Part shown: positions 36,400-49,020 of the stretch, piece after piece
How positions within the stretch are numbered: the first letter of the stretch is position 1
Layout of the letters: every line of letters begins with the position of its first letter
Assembly (NCBI RefSeq): GCF_020745735.1
Contig: NC_083448.1
Location: 19,342,006 to 19,406,005, forward strand
Direction of reading: 5' to 3'
DNA from: Hemiscyllium ocellatum
Taxonomy: Eukaryota
Length of the DNA: 64,000 bases
Notes under the pieces: model-generated
The model's database searches: none
Seen by the model: only the letters and a program-made list of their open reading frames with translations
Told to the model about the DNA's origin: nothing
Translations under genes and position numbers: made by a program

Positions 36400-37015
36400 A
36401 TGGATGAGAATGGACCTCAGGAAGATAAACTGAATAATCTCTTGACAAAGAGCAGTGAAGAATATTGAAAATGGTGATCAATCAGAACCCTTCTCTAAAA
36501 CAAAAACAAACCAACAAACAACAATGATGAAGTCCCTGTAATTCAATAAAGAGACAATCGTAAAGGTGAAAGTACAGTAGAATAATCTTTAATCAAAGAC
36601 AGATGACAAAAACGAATATGAAGAGGTCAGAAAAGTGAGAATGCAAAGCTGAAATATAAAACTAAATCATTTCGCAACATGAGAAAATAATAAAGTACTC
36701 TATCGACACCTAAATCTCAAGAAGAAAAATCAGCCGACACTATCATCCTATTGCTTTGTCAAAAGACAGATCCTTCACTCGTTCTCTTTCCACATCTCAG
36801 CCTCTGCCAGTCTTCAGGTTTTCTAGTAAATTCCTTCATTTTTCAAGATACCTGCATTGATCCTTTCTTTTCTTCCATGAAATTCTCCGTCTTTCACATC
36901 TCGAAGTTTGTTTTCTCTTCAGGTGTACCCAACTCAGACTCGGTGATTCAGGAGGGGGTGCAGGCATGATGGGCTGAATGATCTCCTTTTTTACTGTAAA
37001 ATTCAATGATTCTCA
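36400..37015 (+). mobile_element. Very degenerate CR1-like pieces
   Basis: A-rich linker-like sequence and the tail 'gatgggctgaatgatctcct..actgtaaaattcaatgattct'. Confidence 0.45.
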
Positions 37016-38389
37016 GGTTGATGGGTAGCTAATATTGCTCCTACCACCAACACTAAGCTATCTGGTTGCTACTTGCCCATACTTTTTGAATTTATTCTGG
37101 TATTAGAAAAGGTAACAGTAATTCTATTAATAATCTCATCCAAAAATTTCCCAGGTTACATTTTAATGGATAAGATTGAAAAGGAAATAAGCAATAGATA
37201 TGTCCTCTGTCTTCTTCAGTCTGCATGTACTTTACATGTGATTTACATCAACATCATGTACAGAGAGCTAATGGCTCTCTCCCTTTTAAGATATATTCAA
37301 CTGGAATGTTTGGTTTCTGATCTCAGTTTCAGTCTTTGCTCCTTCAAACCTGGAGGATTAGCTTTTTGCATTTTCCTTTTGCAGCTTTTCTTTTTGAAAA
37401 GCACAAGCTTTAAAACCCAAGGTTCCATCACAATAATGCCATGAGGTCTTCCACATTCACCTCAACAGGCATCCAGAAGTCTCTGTTGAACACCACGTCT
37501 GACTGAAAACAGCTTCAATAATGGTGCATTCATTCAAGTCTGCACTGAAACACTAACTGACTGCCTCAGAGGCAAAAACAGTGCAAAATATGCGAAAACA
37601 AACACAAGTGTACAATTCAGAGATCACTAAAATTATCTGAGATGCATGGTGATGTAGTGTGGGATTCCATGCGGAAACCGAGCTGAGTAATCAGCATTTG
37701 AGTGCTGTTCACTGACTGATCATCTCTTGAGCTGTCACAGCTTCAGATCCTTCCAATCACTTCTCTGTCAGCAGCCTCAAACTCGATTTCTGAGCACGTC
37801 AGATTAGACTGTCAGGAAGATACAATGAAGCCTGCATCTTTTGACAATTTTTTCCGATATTTCATTGACTCATGCAGAGTAAGCGATTCATGGCCTGTGT
37901 TCCAAGAGCAGGAGAGTCCACCTTTTAACCTCAAAACATACAAGGTAAGAGAGAACTGTCTTAGCATTTCAAATTGGGGCAAGTGGCAGAATCTCTCACC
38001 TGAGGCTTATGGGCTGAGGTCATTGATTGAAAATAATTGGCAAAGAAGAGGAAAAATTCAGAGAAATATCAGAGGCAGGCTTGTTAAGATGTGGAATACA
38101 GGACTAAGGAGGGACGTGGAATCAGATTCTGTGAGAACATTCAAAACGCACTTGGCATGCACTTATGCAAACCTAATTTACAGGGCTATGTCACAAAAAT
38201 GGAGAACTACGAATGCTGGAAATATAAAACAAACACAGAAATTATTTAGAGATTCAGCATGCTTGACAGCATCTGCAGAGAGAAAAGGCGTTAATGTTTC
38301 AAATTGAGTCAGTTCTGAAAGACTTTGTCATCATCAGTATTATAGCTTCTCATGATTTTTGCAAAACACTTTAAAGCCAATTAAATAGA

Positions 38390-40100
38390 ATAGATTAAGA
38401 TTAGGACCAAGGATAGTCGTGCAAAGCTGTGTGTGGAATCTGAGCACATAGGGAAAGCGCTTAATGAATACTTTTCGTCAGTATTCACATTGGAAAGGGA
38501 AATGTTAGTGAGAATATGGAGATTCAGGCTACAAGATAGATGGGATTGAGGTTGACAAAGAGGAGGTTTTAACAATTTTGGAAGATCTGAAATTAAATTT
38601 AAATGGATGGGATTTATCCTTGGATTCTCTGGGAAGCCAGGGAGGAGATTGCAGAGCCTTTGGTTTTGATCTTTATGTCATCATTGTCAACAGTAGTGGA
38701 GGATAGCAAATCTTCTTCCCTTGTTTAAGAAGGTAGTTGGGTGAAAGTGGGGGGGGGGGGTGGGTGGCAGGCAAACCCTGGTAATTACAGGCCAGTGAGC
38801 CTTACTTCAGATGTGGGTAAGGTGTTGGAAAGGGTTATAAGGGATAGGATTTATAATCATCTGGAAAGGAATCATTTGATTAGAGATCGTCAACACGGTT
38901 TTGCGAAGAGTAGGTCATGCCTGACTAACCTTGCTGAGTTCTTCGAGAAGGTGACCAAGCAGGTGGATGAAGGTAGGGTGGTTAATGTGGTGGATATGGA
39001 CTTCAGTAAGGTGTTTGCTAAGGTTCTATATGGTAGGCTATTGCACAAAATAAGGTGTTTCGGGATTGAAGGTGATTTAATGGTTTGGATCAGAAGTTGG
39101 CTAGCTGAAAGAAGACAAAGAGTGGTGGTTGATGGGAAATGTTCATCGTGGAGCTCAGTTACCAGTGTGCTGCAAGGATGTTTTGGGGCCACTGCTGTTT
39201 GTCATTTTTATGAATGGTCTGGAGGTGGGCATAGAAGGATGGGTTAGCAAATTTGCAGATGATACTAAGATAGACAGAGTTGTGGATCATGTTGAAGCAT
39301 GTTGTGGGTTGCAGAGGGACATAAATAAGATGCAAAGGGCTGAGAGGTGGAAGTTTAATGTGGTAAAGTATGAGGTAGTTCACTTTGGAAGAAGTAACAG
39401 GAACGCAGAGTACTGGGCTAATGGTAAAATTCTTGGCAAAGTAGATGAACAGAGAGATCTCAGTGTCCAGGTGCATAAATCCCTGCAAGATGCCACCAGG
39501 TTGATATGGTGCGCGAGTGTTTATTGGTATGGGATTGCGTATTGGAGCCGCAAGGTCATGCTTCAGCTGTACAAGACACTGGTTAGGTCGCACCAGGAGT
39601 ATTGCATGCAGTTCTGGTCACCACATTACAAGAAAGATATGGATGCTTTGGAAAGGGTTCAGAGGAGATTTAGTAGGATGTTGTCTGGTATGAAGGGAGG
39701 ATCTTGCAAATAAAGGCTGACAGAACGGAGGCTGTTTTCGTTGGAGAGAAGAAGTTTGGGAGTTGACTTAATCGAGACGTATAAGATAATCAAAGGGTTA
39801 GGGTGGATAGTGAGAGTCTTTTTCCTCAGATGGTAATGGCTAACTCAAGGGGACACAGCTTTAAATTGAGGGATGAGAGATTTAGGACAGATACAAAGGG
39901 TAGTTTCTTCAGTCAAAGCGTAGTAGGGGTATGGAATGGCCTGCCTACAACAGTAGTAGACTCGAAAATGTTCAGGGCATTTAAATAGGCATTGGACATA
40001 CATATGGATAATAATGGAACGGTGTAGGTTAGATGGGCATCAGATTAATTTCACAACATCGAGGGCCGAAGGGCCCATTCTGCGTTGTAACATTCTATGT
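38390..40100 (+). mobile_element. CR1 ORF2 RT region and 3' UTR
   Basis: 'NPGNYRPVSLTSDVGKVLERVIRD..SCLTNL..DFSKVF', 'KFADDTKI', 'QFWSPHYKKD'. Confidence 0.92.
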
Positions 40101-41249
40101 TAAATACTTTTGAAGAATAGCCAATGCTGGAATCACAACAACTAAATTATGCTCAACAATCGCTTACAAACAACAATGTGATCACCATAAATGGTTAAAG
40201 CAACAAACGGTGCACTATCTCCCTGCAAGAGCAATTCAGCTTATCTCAGTCCCTGGTCCATTTTATGCAATGCTACATTTTTTCCCTCAAGTACTTATTC
40301 ACTTCTCCTTTCAAGAGTCCAAGTGCAACTTCTTCCAATACTCTCTCAAGGATCGCAACCCAGATTGTAGCAACTTGTTATTTAAAATTGTTTTCCTCCC
40401 CTTTAGTTCTTTTGTCATTCATATTCAGTGAAAACTTCAGGTTCTCAAAAATTCCATCAAGTGAAATTATTTCTTCTGATGTTATAGATCCAGAAACTTT
40501 ATGGTTTTGAAAGCGTCTTTACAATCTCCTTTCAAACTTCTCCTCGTGAAGGAGAATCGCAATAGGCCAAAACATTACGTTCTCTGTGGGATAACACTTC
40601 GGAGGATTCTTCTTTTTGTGCTTTGGGATCTTTTACACTTAATTAAGGGATTGATAAGTCCTCCGTTTAACATTCCAAGATTCTATCGCCAACATTGACA
40701 TATTACCCATTACAAAGGAAAGCCTGCACTTTATGCTCAACTTGATGATCTATCACAGCTTGGTTTTGCAACTGCTCTGCCCAGGACCATAAGAAACTAC
40801 CGAGAGTTGTGAATACAATCCAGTCCATCACACAAGCCAACCTTCCATCCATTGACTTTATCTGTACTTTGCGCTACCTCAGGAAGCCAGCCAACATAAT
40901 CAAAGACCCTCTTACCTCTCTTATAATCTCTTTCAACCTCCTGTATCTTAAACATCTCAACAGACCTAGACATTCAATTATAGAAATTTACAGCATGAGT
41001 GTAGACCCTTTGGCTCATAGCATTGGCAACTCTCTGAAAATTATTTCATACTTTCCATTCAATATGCTTTTGCGAAAAGTACAGTGGAAGGAAAATGCAG
41101 AATTAGTCATGGTCTTTTTTATGGTGATCATAATTTGAATTGCACCACTGCTAATGGTGCAGTCTCAACAAATCCAGAAGGTGCAAAAGCTGAAACACAC
41201 ATACCAATAGATGCAAGAACAGCTTCTTCCCAACTCTTAATAGACTTCT

Positions 41250-41546
41250 GATTAGTTTAGATTAGACTGGACTGCCTACAGTGTGAAAAAAGGCCCTTCA
41301 GCCCAAGAAGTCCACACTGACCCTCCGAAGAATAACCCACCCAAACCCATTTCCTTCTGACTAATGCATCTAACATGATGGGCAATTTGGCATCACCAAT
41401 TCACCTGATCTGCACATCTGTGGGTTGTAGAAGGACACCAGGGCACCTGGAGGAAACCCACACAGACAGTCATCTGAGACTGGAATCAAACCTGGCTCTC
41501 TGTCGCTGTGAGGCAGCAATGCTAACCACTGAGCCACCATGCTGTC
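41250..41546 (-). mobile_element. HE1 SINE (older copy)
   Basis: Reverse complement of the HE1 head, core and tail, with CpG decay. Confidence 0.85.
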
Positions 41547-41667
41547 CATGACATATAGACATATCAAATTTTTAATTTAATGTTGATCTCGCTCTTTGTG
41601 TACCTTCTCTGTAGCCATTACACTGTTCCCTCTACTCTATTAACTTAATAAACTTTGTATGGCATGG

Positions 41668-41886
41668 GTTTAGATCAGAGTGGTGCTGGAAGAGCACAGC
41701 AGGTCAGGCAGCATCCGAGGAGCAGGAAAATTGATGTTGCAGGCAAAAGCCCTTCATCCCGATGAAAGGGCTTTTGCCCGAAACATCGATTTTCCTGCTC
41801 CTCGGATGCTGTCTGACCTGCTGTGCTTTTACAGCACCACTCTGATCTAAACTCTGGTTTCCAGCATCTGCAATCCTCACTTTTAC
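41668..41886. mobile_element. Fold-back mini-PLE (family B)
   Basis: Inverted arms meeting at 'cccttcatc|ccgatgaaagggc'; degenerate 15-bp TSD ctttgtatggcatgg/ctttgtgtagtatgg (41653-41667, 41887-41901). Confidence 0.85.
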
Positions 41887-43153
41887 CTTTGTGTAGTATG
41901 GTCTGCTTGGACTGCACAAGAAACAAAACTTTTCACTGTACCTTGGTACGTGTGTCAATAATAAATCAAATCAACTCTTGAGACTTGGGAAAAAGAGCCT
42001 CCTTCAAACCATGTACTCAAACAGCACAATCCTCCCCTCTGCTTTGTTTTATTGACTTGTAGGTTTCTTGTTCATTTGAGCTGCTGTGTAATAGTTAAAA
42101 ATAGGCTTGTCACTGACTTGAGCATGGTTATCGATTGGCAGAGCTTAATTACAGTCTGCATTATAACAAGATCTTCATCAAGATTCTTCTTATTTGAAGA
42201 AAGAACTTTTCAGAGAAGGTCTCCAGAAATGGAGTTTTAATCAGGAAAATACCAAAAAAAAATCATTTTTACTGAATGGTGTATCAGGGCTTAAGATTAT
42301 CTGTGGAAGGTCAGTAGCCTAATGAAAATATATACTGTGGATTTGTTGAGACTGTACCATCTGCAGTGATGGAATTCAAATTGTGATAGCTGTAAGAAGA
42401 AAAATGGCTAATTTACGTTTCCTTTCATTGTGTTTTCACAAAAGCACGTGGAATGGAACAAATGAAGCAGTCTTTATAGAGTTACCATTGCAATGATGAG
42501 CCAAAGCATCTTCCCTCATGTTATAAATTTCTACAATTGAATATCTTGGTCAGTTTAGATGCTGAATCCATATCACATGATGCAGTTGAAAAAGTAGCCC
42601 TGATCCAAGCAACCAACATTAAAATTATTGCTCATCTACTTAACAGCCACTGCACTAATGGAACAATCCAGAAGCAGTGCGAAAGATTCCGAAAAGAGTC
42701 GATATAAAATTGGCCTCAATCAGACCTCAAACTCGTGATACAACATTTGCACTGACCTGTGTCACCTGTAAAAATGTAATAGTGTGATGTTGAAAACTGG
42801 CTGAACAAATGTCAGCAGAATGCAGAAATGTATTTGCCAACTGATTTCAACAAGTTAACCTTGATCGAAACAGCAAACAAAGACATTTCATACAAATGGA
42901 TTGACGTGTGCACCACAAATGTCATGCAGAATGAATTGAACAGTGACTCTTAAGAAGCTTTCACCTTCTGCCTGCTGCTTTCATTCTTGTGTTCAATGAG
43001 TTGGCTGTTAATGAATGGAATTGTTTTCTCACTGTCAATAATTTCCATTGGAATTTTGACATGGTAAGGCACTTCATAGGAGTGTAAATCAAACAAACTT
43101 TGATGCTAAACCACATAAGCGGATAAACTTGGAAGAACTGTAAACTGTGAAGA

Positions 43154-43454
43154 AGATTAGATTATATACAGTGTGGAAACAGGCCCTTCGGCCCAACAAG
43201 TCCACACCGACCCGCCGAAGCACAACCCACCCATACCCCTACATTTACCCCTTACCTAACACTACGGGCAATTTAGCATGGCCAATTCACCTGACCCGCA
43301 CATCTTTGGACTGTGGGAGGAAACCAGAGCACCCAGAGGAAACCCACGCAGACACAGGGAGAATGTGCAAACTCCACACAGTCAGTCGCCTGAGGTGGGA
43401 ATTGAACCCGGATCTCTGGCGCTGTGAGGCAGCAGTGCTAACCACTGTGCCAGC
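43154..43454 (-). mobile_element. HE1 SINE, near full length
   Basis: Highly similar to the reverse complement of 1940-2250. Confidence 0.92.
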
Positions 43455-43563
43455 GTATGAACGGTGTATGAGATGGATGAACTCAAAAATAACACAATCG
43501 AGTTAATGGAACTGACAGATAGATGTGTTGCCAAAGGAGCTGCAGAACAGATACAATAGCAAC

Positions 43564-43860
43564 TGTTACGACTTTGGGTAAACCCTTCTGCTCAATTTAA
43601 CCCAACAACACAAAAAGGATTTATTCTGTGCAGTAATTTGTAAAACTTCGATTGGTCAAGAACTAAAGTACAAGTAACAACGTTATTTCTTAAATTGTAA
43701 CAGAGAATAATTAACTAACAACCATTTACAACTCCTTCCTATAACCTATCTTTTATTTCCCTTCTGTAATAATAGTCTGATAAAACTCCCGATTAAGATT
43801 TACAAAACAAAACTTCTTACCTCAAAACCAGGCAGCTTTCGGTTCTTCTCTGTATTCCTG
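43564..43860 (-). mobile_element. Partial LTR (3' half) of the family at 54546-55242
   Basis: Aligns to the reverse complement of about 54960-55242, including 'gagaataattaactaacaac.atttacaactccttcct'. Confidence 0.75.
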
Positions 43861-43869
43861 GTTTTTTTT

Positions 43870-44215
43870 CGGAAGAACACAGATAAGCAATAGAAAATAG
43901 GAGTATAATTCCAAAAGGTTGCAGGAAGTCAGGGATCTGAGAGTATATGTGCTCAAATTATTGAAGGTGTCAGGTTGAGTGGAGACAGCAGTCAGTAAAG
44001 CATACAGTAACCTTGGCTGTTTAATAGGGGCGTGGAGTACAACAAGAAGGAGGTAATGACAACCTTGCATCAGACACTTCCTAAACTTGAGCAAGAGTAG
44101 CGTGTATATTACACCATTTTATCAGAAAGATGTGAATGCTCTGGTCAGAGTACAGAGGCGATTTACAATAACAAGAAACTTCTGTTATGAAAATAGATTG
44201 AAGGAATTCAGACAA
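43870..44215 (+). mobile_element. Degenerate CR1 fragment
   Basis: 'gggatctgagagtatatgtg..ttgaaggtgtcagg..agagtacagaggcgatttacaa'. Confidence 0.65.
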
Positions 44216-44349
44216 TGCACTTATTAAAGGAAAAGTAGGTGGAGAGTTTAAGGCTGGATTTCCTTTGCTCAGTGTGTATGGCCATGGAAAGAATCACTGC
44301 CAGTGGTGCAGTGGAGACACTGAGCATGCACAACACCACAACTGGTCGT

Positions 44350-44945
44350 CAGTTTTTATTTGGGGAGGTGATAGTGTCCTGCTGATATCCCCAGGTTGGT
44401 AGTTCAGGGGCCCAGACAAACGCTCAGGGGACAAGAGATTTATGTCACCACGATAGAATCATTGGTGATGTTAAATTAAAATTGACTACCACTGAAATAT
44501 CCATTTGGCTCATTCATGTCCTTTAGGAAAGGAAATTTACTTTCCTTATCTCGTCTGGCCAACGTATGACTGAAGAGCCACAGTCATGTGGATGACTCTT
44601 AACTGCCCTTTGAAAGGGCCTCACAAGCCACTCAATTTAAGAGTGGGAAGGGATGGGTAAAAAATACTCTCTTGCCAATACTGCTCATGAAATAATTCCA
44701 CACAGACAGGTGACCCATCACCAAGTCACCCTTTATTGACACATGGAGACTCCTTGACACTGATCAAGCTCCCTCAGAGTAGGCTCTGGGAGTGAACAGA
44801 CTCTCTGTGCCTTCTGTTTCTGTCTGTCAGGTAGGACTTAATGCTTGGACCAGATTAACAGCCCCAGTCAGGGAACTCAGATTCTTTGAGGTCCACTTGG
44901 CTGACCTTGTTATAATCACTACAGCTCATATCTCATGAATGAAGA
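44350..44945 (+). mobile_element. tRNA-derived SINE (second family) interrupted by a solo LTR
   Basis: Core 'cctttaggaaaggaaatttac..gtctggcc..atgactgaagagccacag'; the tail resumes as 'gctcatatctcatgaatgaa' after the LTR. Confidence 0.7.
44688..44923 (-). mobile_element. Solo LTR, 236 bp
   Basis: TG...CA termini, perfect 5-bp TSD gctca (44683-44687, 44924-44928), AATAAA on the minus strand. Confidence 0.85.
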
Positions 44946-45559
44946 AAAAAACTAAGTGACTTGACATTACTGGCTTAAAATCTCTCCACATCCCCTTCTG
45001 CTGTAGACATAACAAACAACAGTCAGAAATAATTGGATTCTTAAGGCTACTTGGCTCATCTTGTTGGTTCCTCAAATTCTGTTCGCCTGTGCAACCCTAA
45101 TTTCATTCATGCTATCAGGGAGGTGTTAAGTTCTGGAATTTTCTCCCTAAATCTCTCCATCTCTCTCTCTCACTCTTCACTTAACATGTCATTAAACATA
45201 CCTCTTTGACCAATTTTTTTGAGAACTTATCCTACTATCTTCTTGTGGCCTCTGTGGTCACATTTGCATCTTGGGAAATAATGGTTTGCAAGTGGCACTC
45301 GATGGTGTGTTGAGCGTCATTAGTATGGCTCAGGTACATCACCCTTGGATTGAAATTTCCGTAGCATTTTCTGCAGATGAAGCCAGCAGATTGAGAAGTG
45401 TATATTCACTGATTGAATCAGTGAATATGATTCACTATCCTCTATGTCTCTGAACCCTCTTCCCAGCCAGCTGCACTTTCCACTTCTGCTCATCTCTTCA
45501 AAGCTGCTCCGAAACAAGTAGGAACAAATTATTGTGGATGGTGGAATCGGTACTGCAAA

Positions 45560-45655
45560 CAACAAATGCTGCAGATCACAGAGAGTCAGGCAGCATCCAC
45601 GGAGAAAGAAAACAAATTAATGTTTCGAGTATGGATGACTCTTCATCAGAGATGT
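45560..45655 (-). mobile_element. PLE-derived short element (family D) with a hammerhead-like core
   Basis: Reverse strand reads CTGATGA-a-GAGT-catccat-ACTC-GAAACATT; related copies near 6890-6990, 38195-38345 and 56525-56630. Confidence 0.6.
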
Positions 45656-45989
45656 GTTAGCCTTCAGATATCATGGCAGTAAATGACAGTCTTGCAGCTG
45701 TTAGCATCAACATTCACCATCCTTCATACCTTTGTAGGTGTCCTCTTGGGGAAGGCATGGATGTTCACAAGGTCCTGACTCACTGACCAGTTGACAAAAC
45801 AGAAGGTCTTTTGGGATATAGCTGTTCCCTATTCAATGAATCAGGCCCAGTCAGCACAGATCTTATTGGCTAAGCAATGAATTGGAGAGCTTGTTTGGCA
45901 TGCCAAACATGCCAAGACATGTCAAACATATCTTAGATCGAGAAGATTTAAACAGCCCAGCCATTTCTCCTGCCTAACATACAGTTCCC

Positions 45990-46680
45990 AGAGGAAGAAA
46001 GTGTGGTGCTGGAAAAGCACAGCCGGTGATGCAGCATCCGAGAAGCAGGAGAATCAACGTTTCAGGCATAAGCCCTTCATCAGGAATGATGACTGTGGAT
46101 CGGGGCTGAAGATAAATGGGAGGGGGTTGGGGTTGGGGGGAGGTAGCTGGGAAAGTGATAGGTTGATGAATGAGAAGGTGATAGGTCAGAGGGGGTGATG
46201 GACGAGTCGGAAGGGCAGTGCCGAGTTGGAGGCTTGGGACTGGGATAATGTGGGGGGAGGAGAAATGAGGAAGCTGTTGAAATTGACGTTTATTCTGTGT
46301 GGTTGCAGGGTCCCAAGACAGAATATGAGATGTTCCTCCTCCAGGTGTTGGGTGGTAACGGTTTGGCGGTGGAGGAGGCCCAGAACCTGCATTTCCGTGA
46401 CAGAGTGGAAGGGAGTTGAAGTGTTCAGCCATGGGGCAGAGGGTTTGCTGGGTGTGGGTGTGCCAGAGATGTTCACTGAAACGACCTACAAAAAGGTGCC
46501 CGGTCTCCTGATGTAGAGGAGACCACACCGGGTGCAACGGATGCAGTAGGTAACATTGGTCAAGGCGCAGGTGAATTTCCGATGGCTGTGGAAGGATTTC
46601 TTGGGGCCTTGAAAGGAGATGAGGGGAGTGGTGTGGGTGCAGGATTTGCACTTCCTACAGTGGCAGGGAAACAGGTGAAT
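45990..46680 (-). mobile_element. Neptune-type PLE (family B) GIY-YIG 3' fragment and terminal repeat
   Basis: 'FTCALTNVTYCIRCTRCGLLYI'; terminal repeat matches 20095-20235. Confidence 0.87.
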
Positions 46681-47034
46681 TCCTGACTGATATACCTCCC
46701 AAACCTCACTGTTGCAGAGCATATGCAGAAGATACAGGTTTGGTCAACTCACAGCGTGCTGTTGGTCCATACATTTACTCAACTCAGACATAGCACTGCA
46801 ACTTTTGTGACAATTTTGCTGGTAACTGTCGAGCTGAAACCGATAAAATCACATTGTCAGTGTTGATAAATGGCAGGATAGCAACCTCCTGGACCATGAT
46901 GTTGGCCTTCCAGATGTTGATGGTTCAAATTCTCTCACACCTGGAAAGAGTGTGTTTGTCTATTTGTGCTGAAAATGTTCCTCAGTGTAAATGTTTGTGT
47001 CGCTTAGTTGTGTTAAAGCAGGTCTCGGATGCAT

Positions 47035-48160
47035 GGTGTTAGGGGTAGACTATTAGCATGGATTGGTTAACTGACAGGAAGCAAACAGTGGGGATAACTG
47101 AGTGCTTTTCTGGCTGACAATCAGTGACTAATGGTGTGCCTCAGAGAACAGTGTTGGGACCATAATTATTTACGATTTATAGCGATGATTTGGAGTTGGG
47201 GACCACGTGTACGGTGTCAAAATTTGCTGATGACACTAAGATGAATGGCAAAGCAAAGAGTGCAGAGGACTGTGAAACTTTACAGAGGAACTTAGATACA
47301 CTGAGTGAGTGGGCAAAGGTCTGGCAGATGGAATACAATGTTAGTAAATGTGAGGTCATACATTTTGGTCAGAGTAACAGCTTATTACTTGAATGGTAAA
47401 AAGTTGCAGCATGCTGATTTGCAGAGGGACCTGAGTGTCCTTGTGCATGAACCGCAGAAGGTCGGTCTGCAGGTACAACAAGTAATGAGGAAGGCAAATG
47501 GAATTTTGTCCTTCATTGCTGAAGGGGTTGAGTTTAAAAGCAGAGAGGGAATGTTACAGCTGTACAAGGGGCTGGTGAGGCCACACCTGGAGTACTGTGT
47601 GCCGATTTGGTCTCCTTACTTGTGAAAGGATGTACTGGCACTTGAGGGGGTGCAGGAGGTTCACTGGGTGGATTCCAGAGTTGAGGGGGTTGGCTTATGA
47701 GGAGAGACTGAGGAGATTGGGATTATATTCATTGGAATTCAGAAGAATGAGGGGGGATCTTATAGAAACATTTAGTATCATGAAGGGAATTGATAAAATA
47801 GAAATAGACAGGATGTTTCTACAGGTGGGTGAACCGAGAACAAGAGGGCATGGCCTCAAGATTAGAGGAAGCAGGTTTAGAACTGTACTGAGAAGGAACA
47901 TCTTCACCCAGAGAGTTGTTAACCTATGGAATTCCTTGTCAGTTGACCCTACTTTAATAATCGCTTTTAAAGCTAAGGTTGATACTTCTATGAAAAATAA
48001 AGGAATTAAGGGATATAGTGAGAGGACGGGTAAGTGGAGCTGAGTCCATGAAAAGCCATGATCTTATTGATTGGCAGAACAGGCTCGAAGGGCGAGATGG
48101 CCTACCCCTGCTCCTAGTTTGCATGTTCGTATGTTTGTATGTTCGTATGTTTGTATGTTA
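47035..48160 (+). mobile_element. CR1 of a different subfamily, RT to 3' end, with an 8-bp-unit tail
   Basis: 'VSKFADDTKMNG', 'LVRPHLEYCVPIWSPYL'; tail (ATGTTCGT/ATGTTTGT)n at about 48122-48160. Confidence 0.9.
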
Positions 48161-48539
48161 ACTTGGCACAACCTGCTTAGGATTTCAGGCAAACACAGCT
48201 TTCTGTCAGTTCTGTATCACTAAGGCAATATTCTCTGTTGATGAACTGAAGGCACATGACAGCAGCAAAGAGAATAATATAATAAGGAATGCCAGTGTCA
48301 GAACATAATCCTGTCTGACTGCAGTGCAGACTCAAAGGGTTCTGATATTGTCCTGTCATCAGCTGGCCTTATCCACCATTCTGTTATCAATGGACGAGGT
48401 CACAATGAGGAGTTTAACAGACAGCACATTTCTCCATCCATTCAAATAGACCATCTCTGTTCATGAGTATGCATGCCTGAGGGAGATTGATGAAGGCAAC
48501 ATATCAGTGTCCATTTTGTTCAAAGTTAAAAGTCAGATC

Positions 48540-48950
48540 ACAACAGGTTAGAGTCCAATTATTCTTATTTGAAAAGATAAACTTTCACGTGCGGTTCCTT
48601 TGTCAGGTAGCTAGTGGGGCAGCATCATAGGACACAGGATTGAGAGTAAAAGATCAAAGTGTCATACAACTGATGTGATGTGTTGAAAAAACCCAGGTTG
48701 TTGTCAAGTCTTTAATCACTCAGAATGGGGATGCAGGTTTCCATTGATTAAGACGTAAATCCCAGGATTTTTTTCATGTCACAGCTCCAAGGTAACTTGA
48801 GGTTTTATAAAAAATGATGACATCTCAGCTCAGACAATGCATTAAAGGTATGAGGTTAGAATCTGTTTGTATCCCAACTTTGATTCAGACTGGTTCTATT
48901 TTCAAAATAGGAATTGATAAAATGTCACATGGACTGAAAATTCACCCCAT

Positions 48951-49020
<70 letters not shown>

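Noticed and set aside
42750-42775. 9-nt minus-strand microexon (tttttacAG|GTGACACAG|GTCAGT)
   Set aside because: Such signals occur by chance in 64 kb and there is no gene context to support it.
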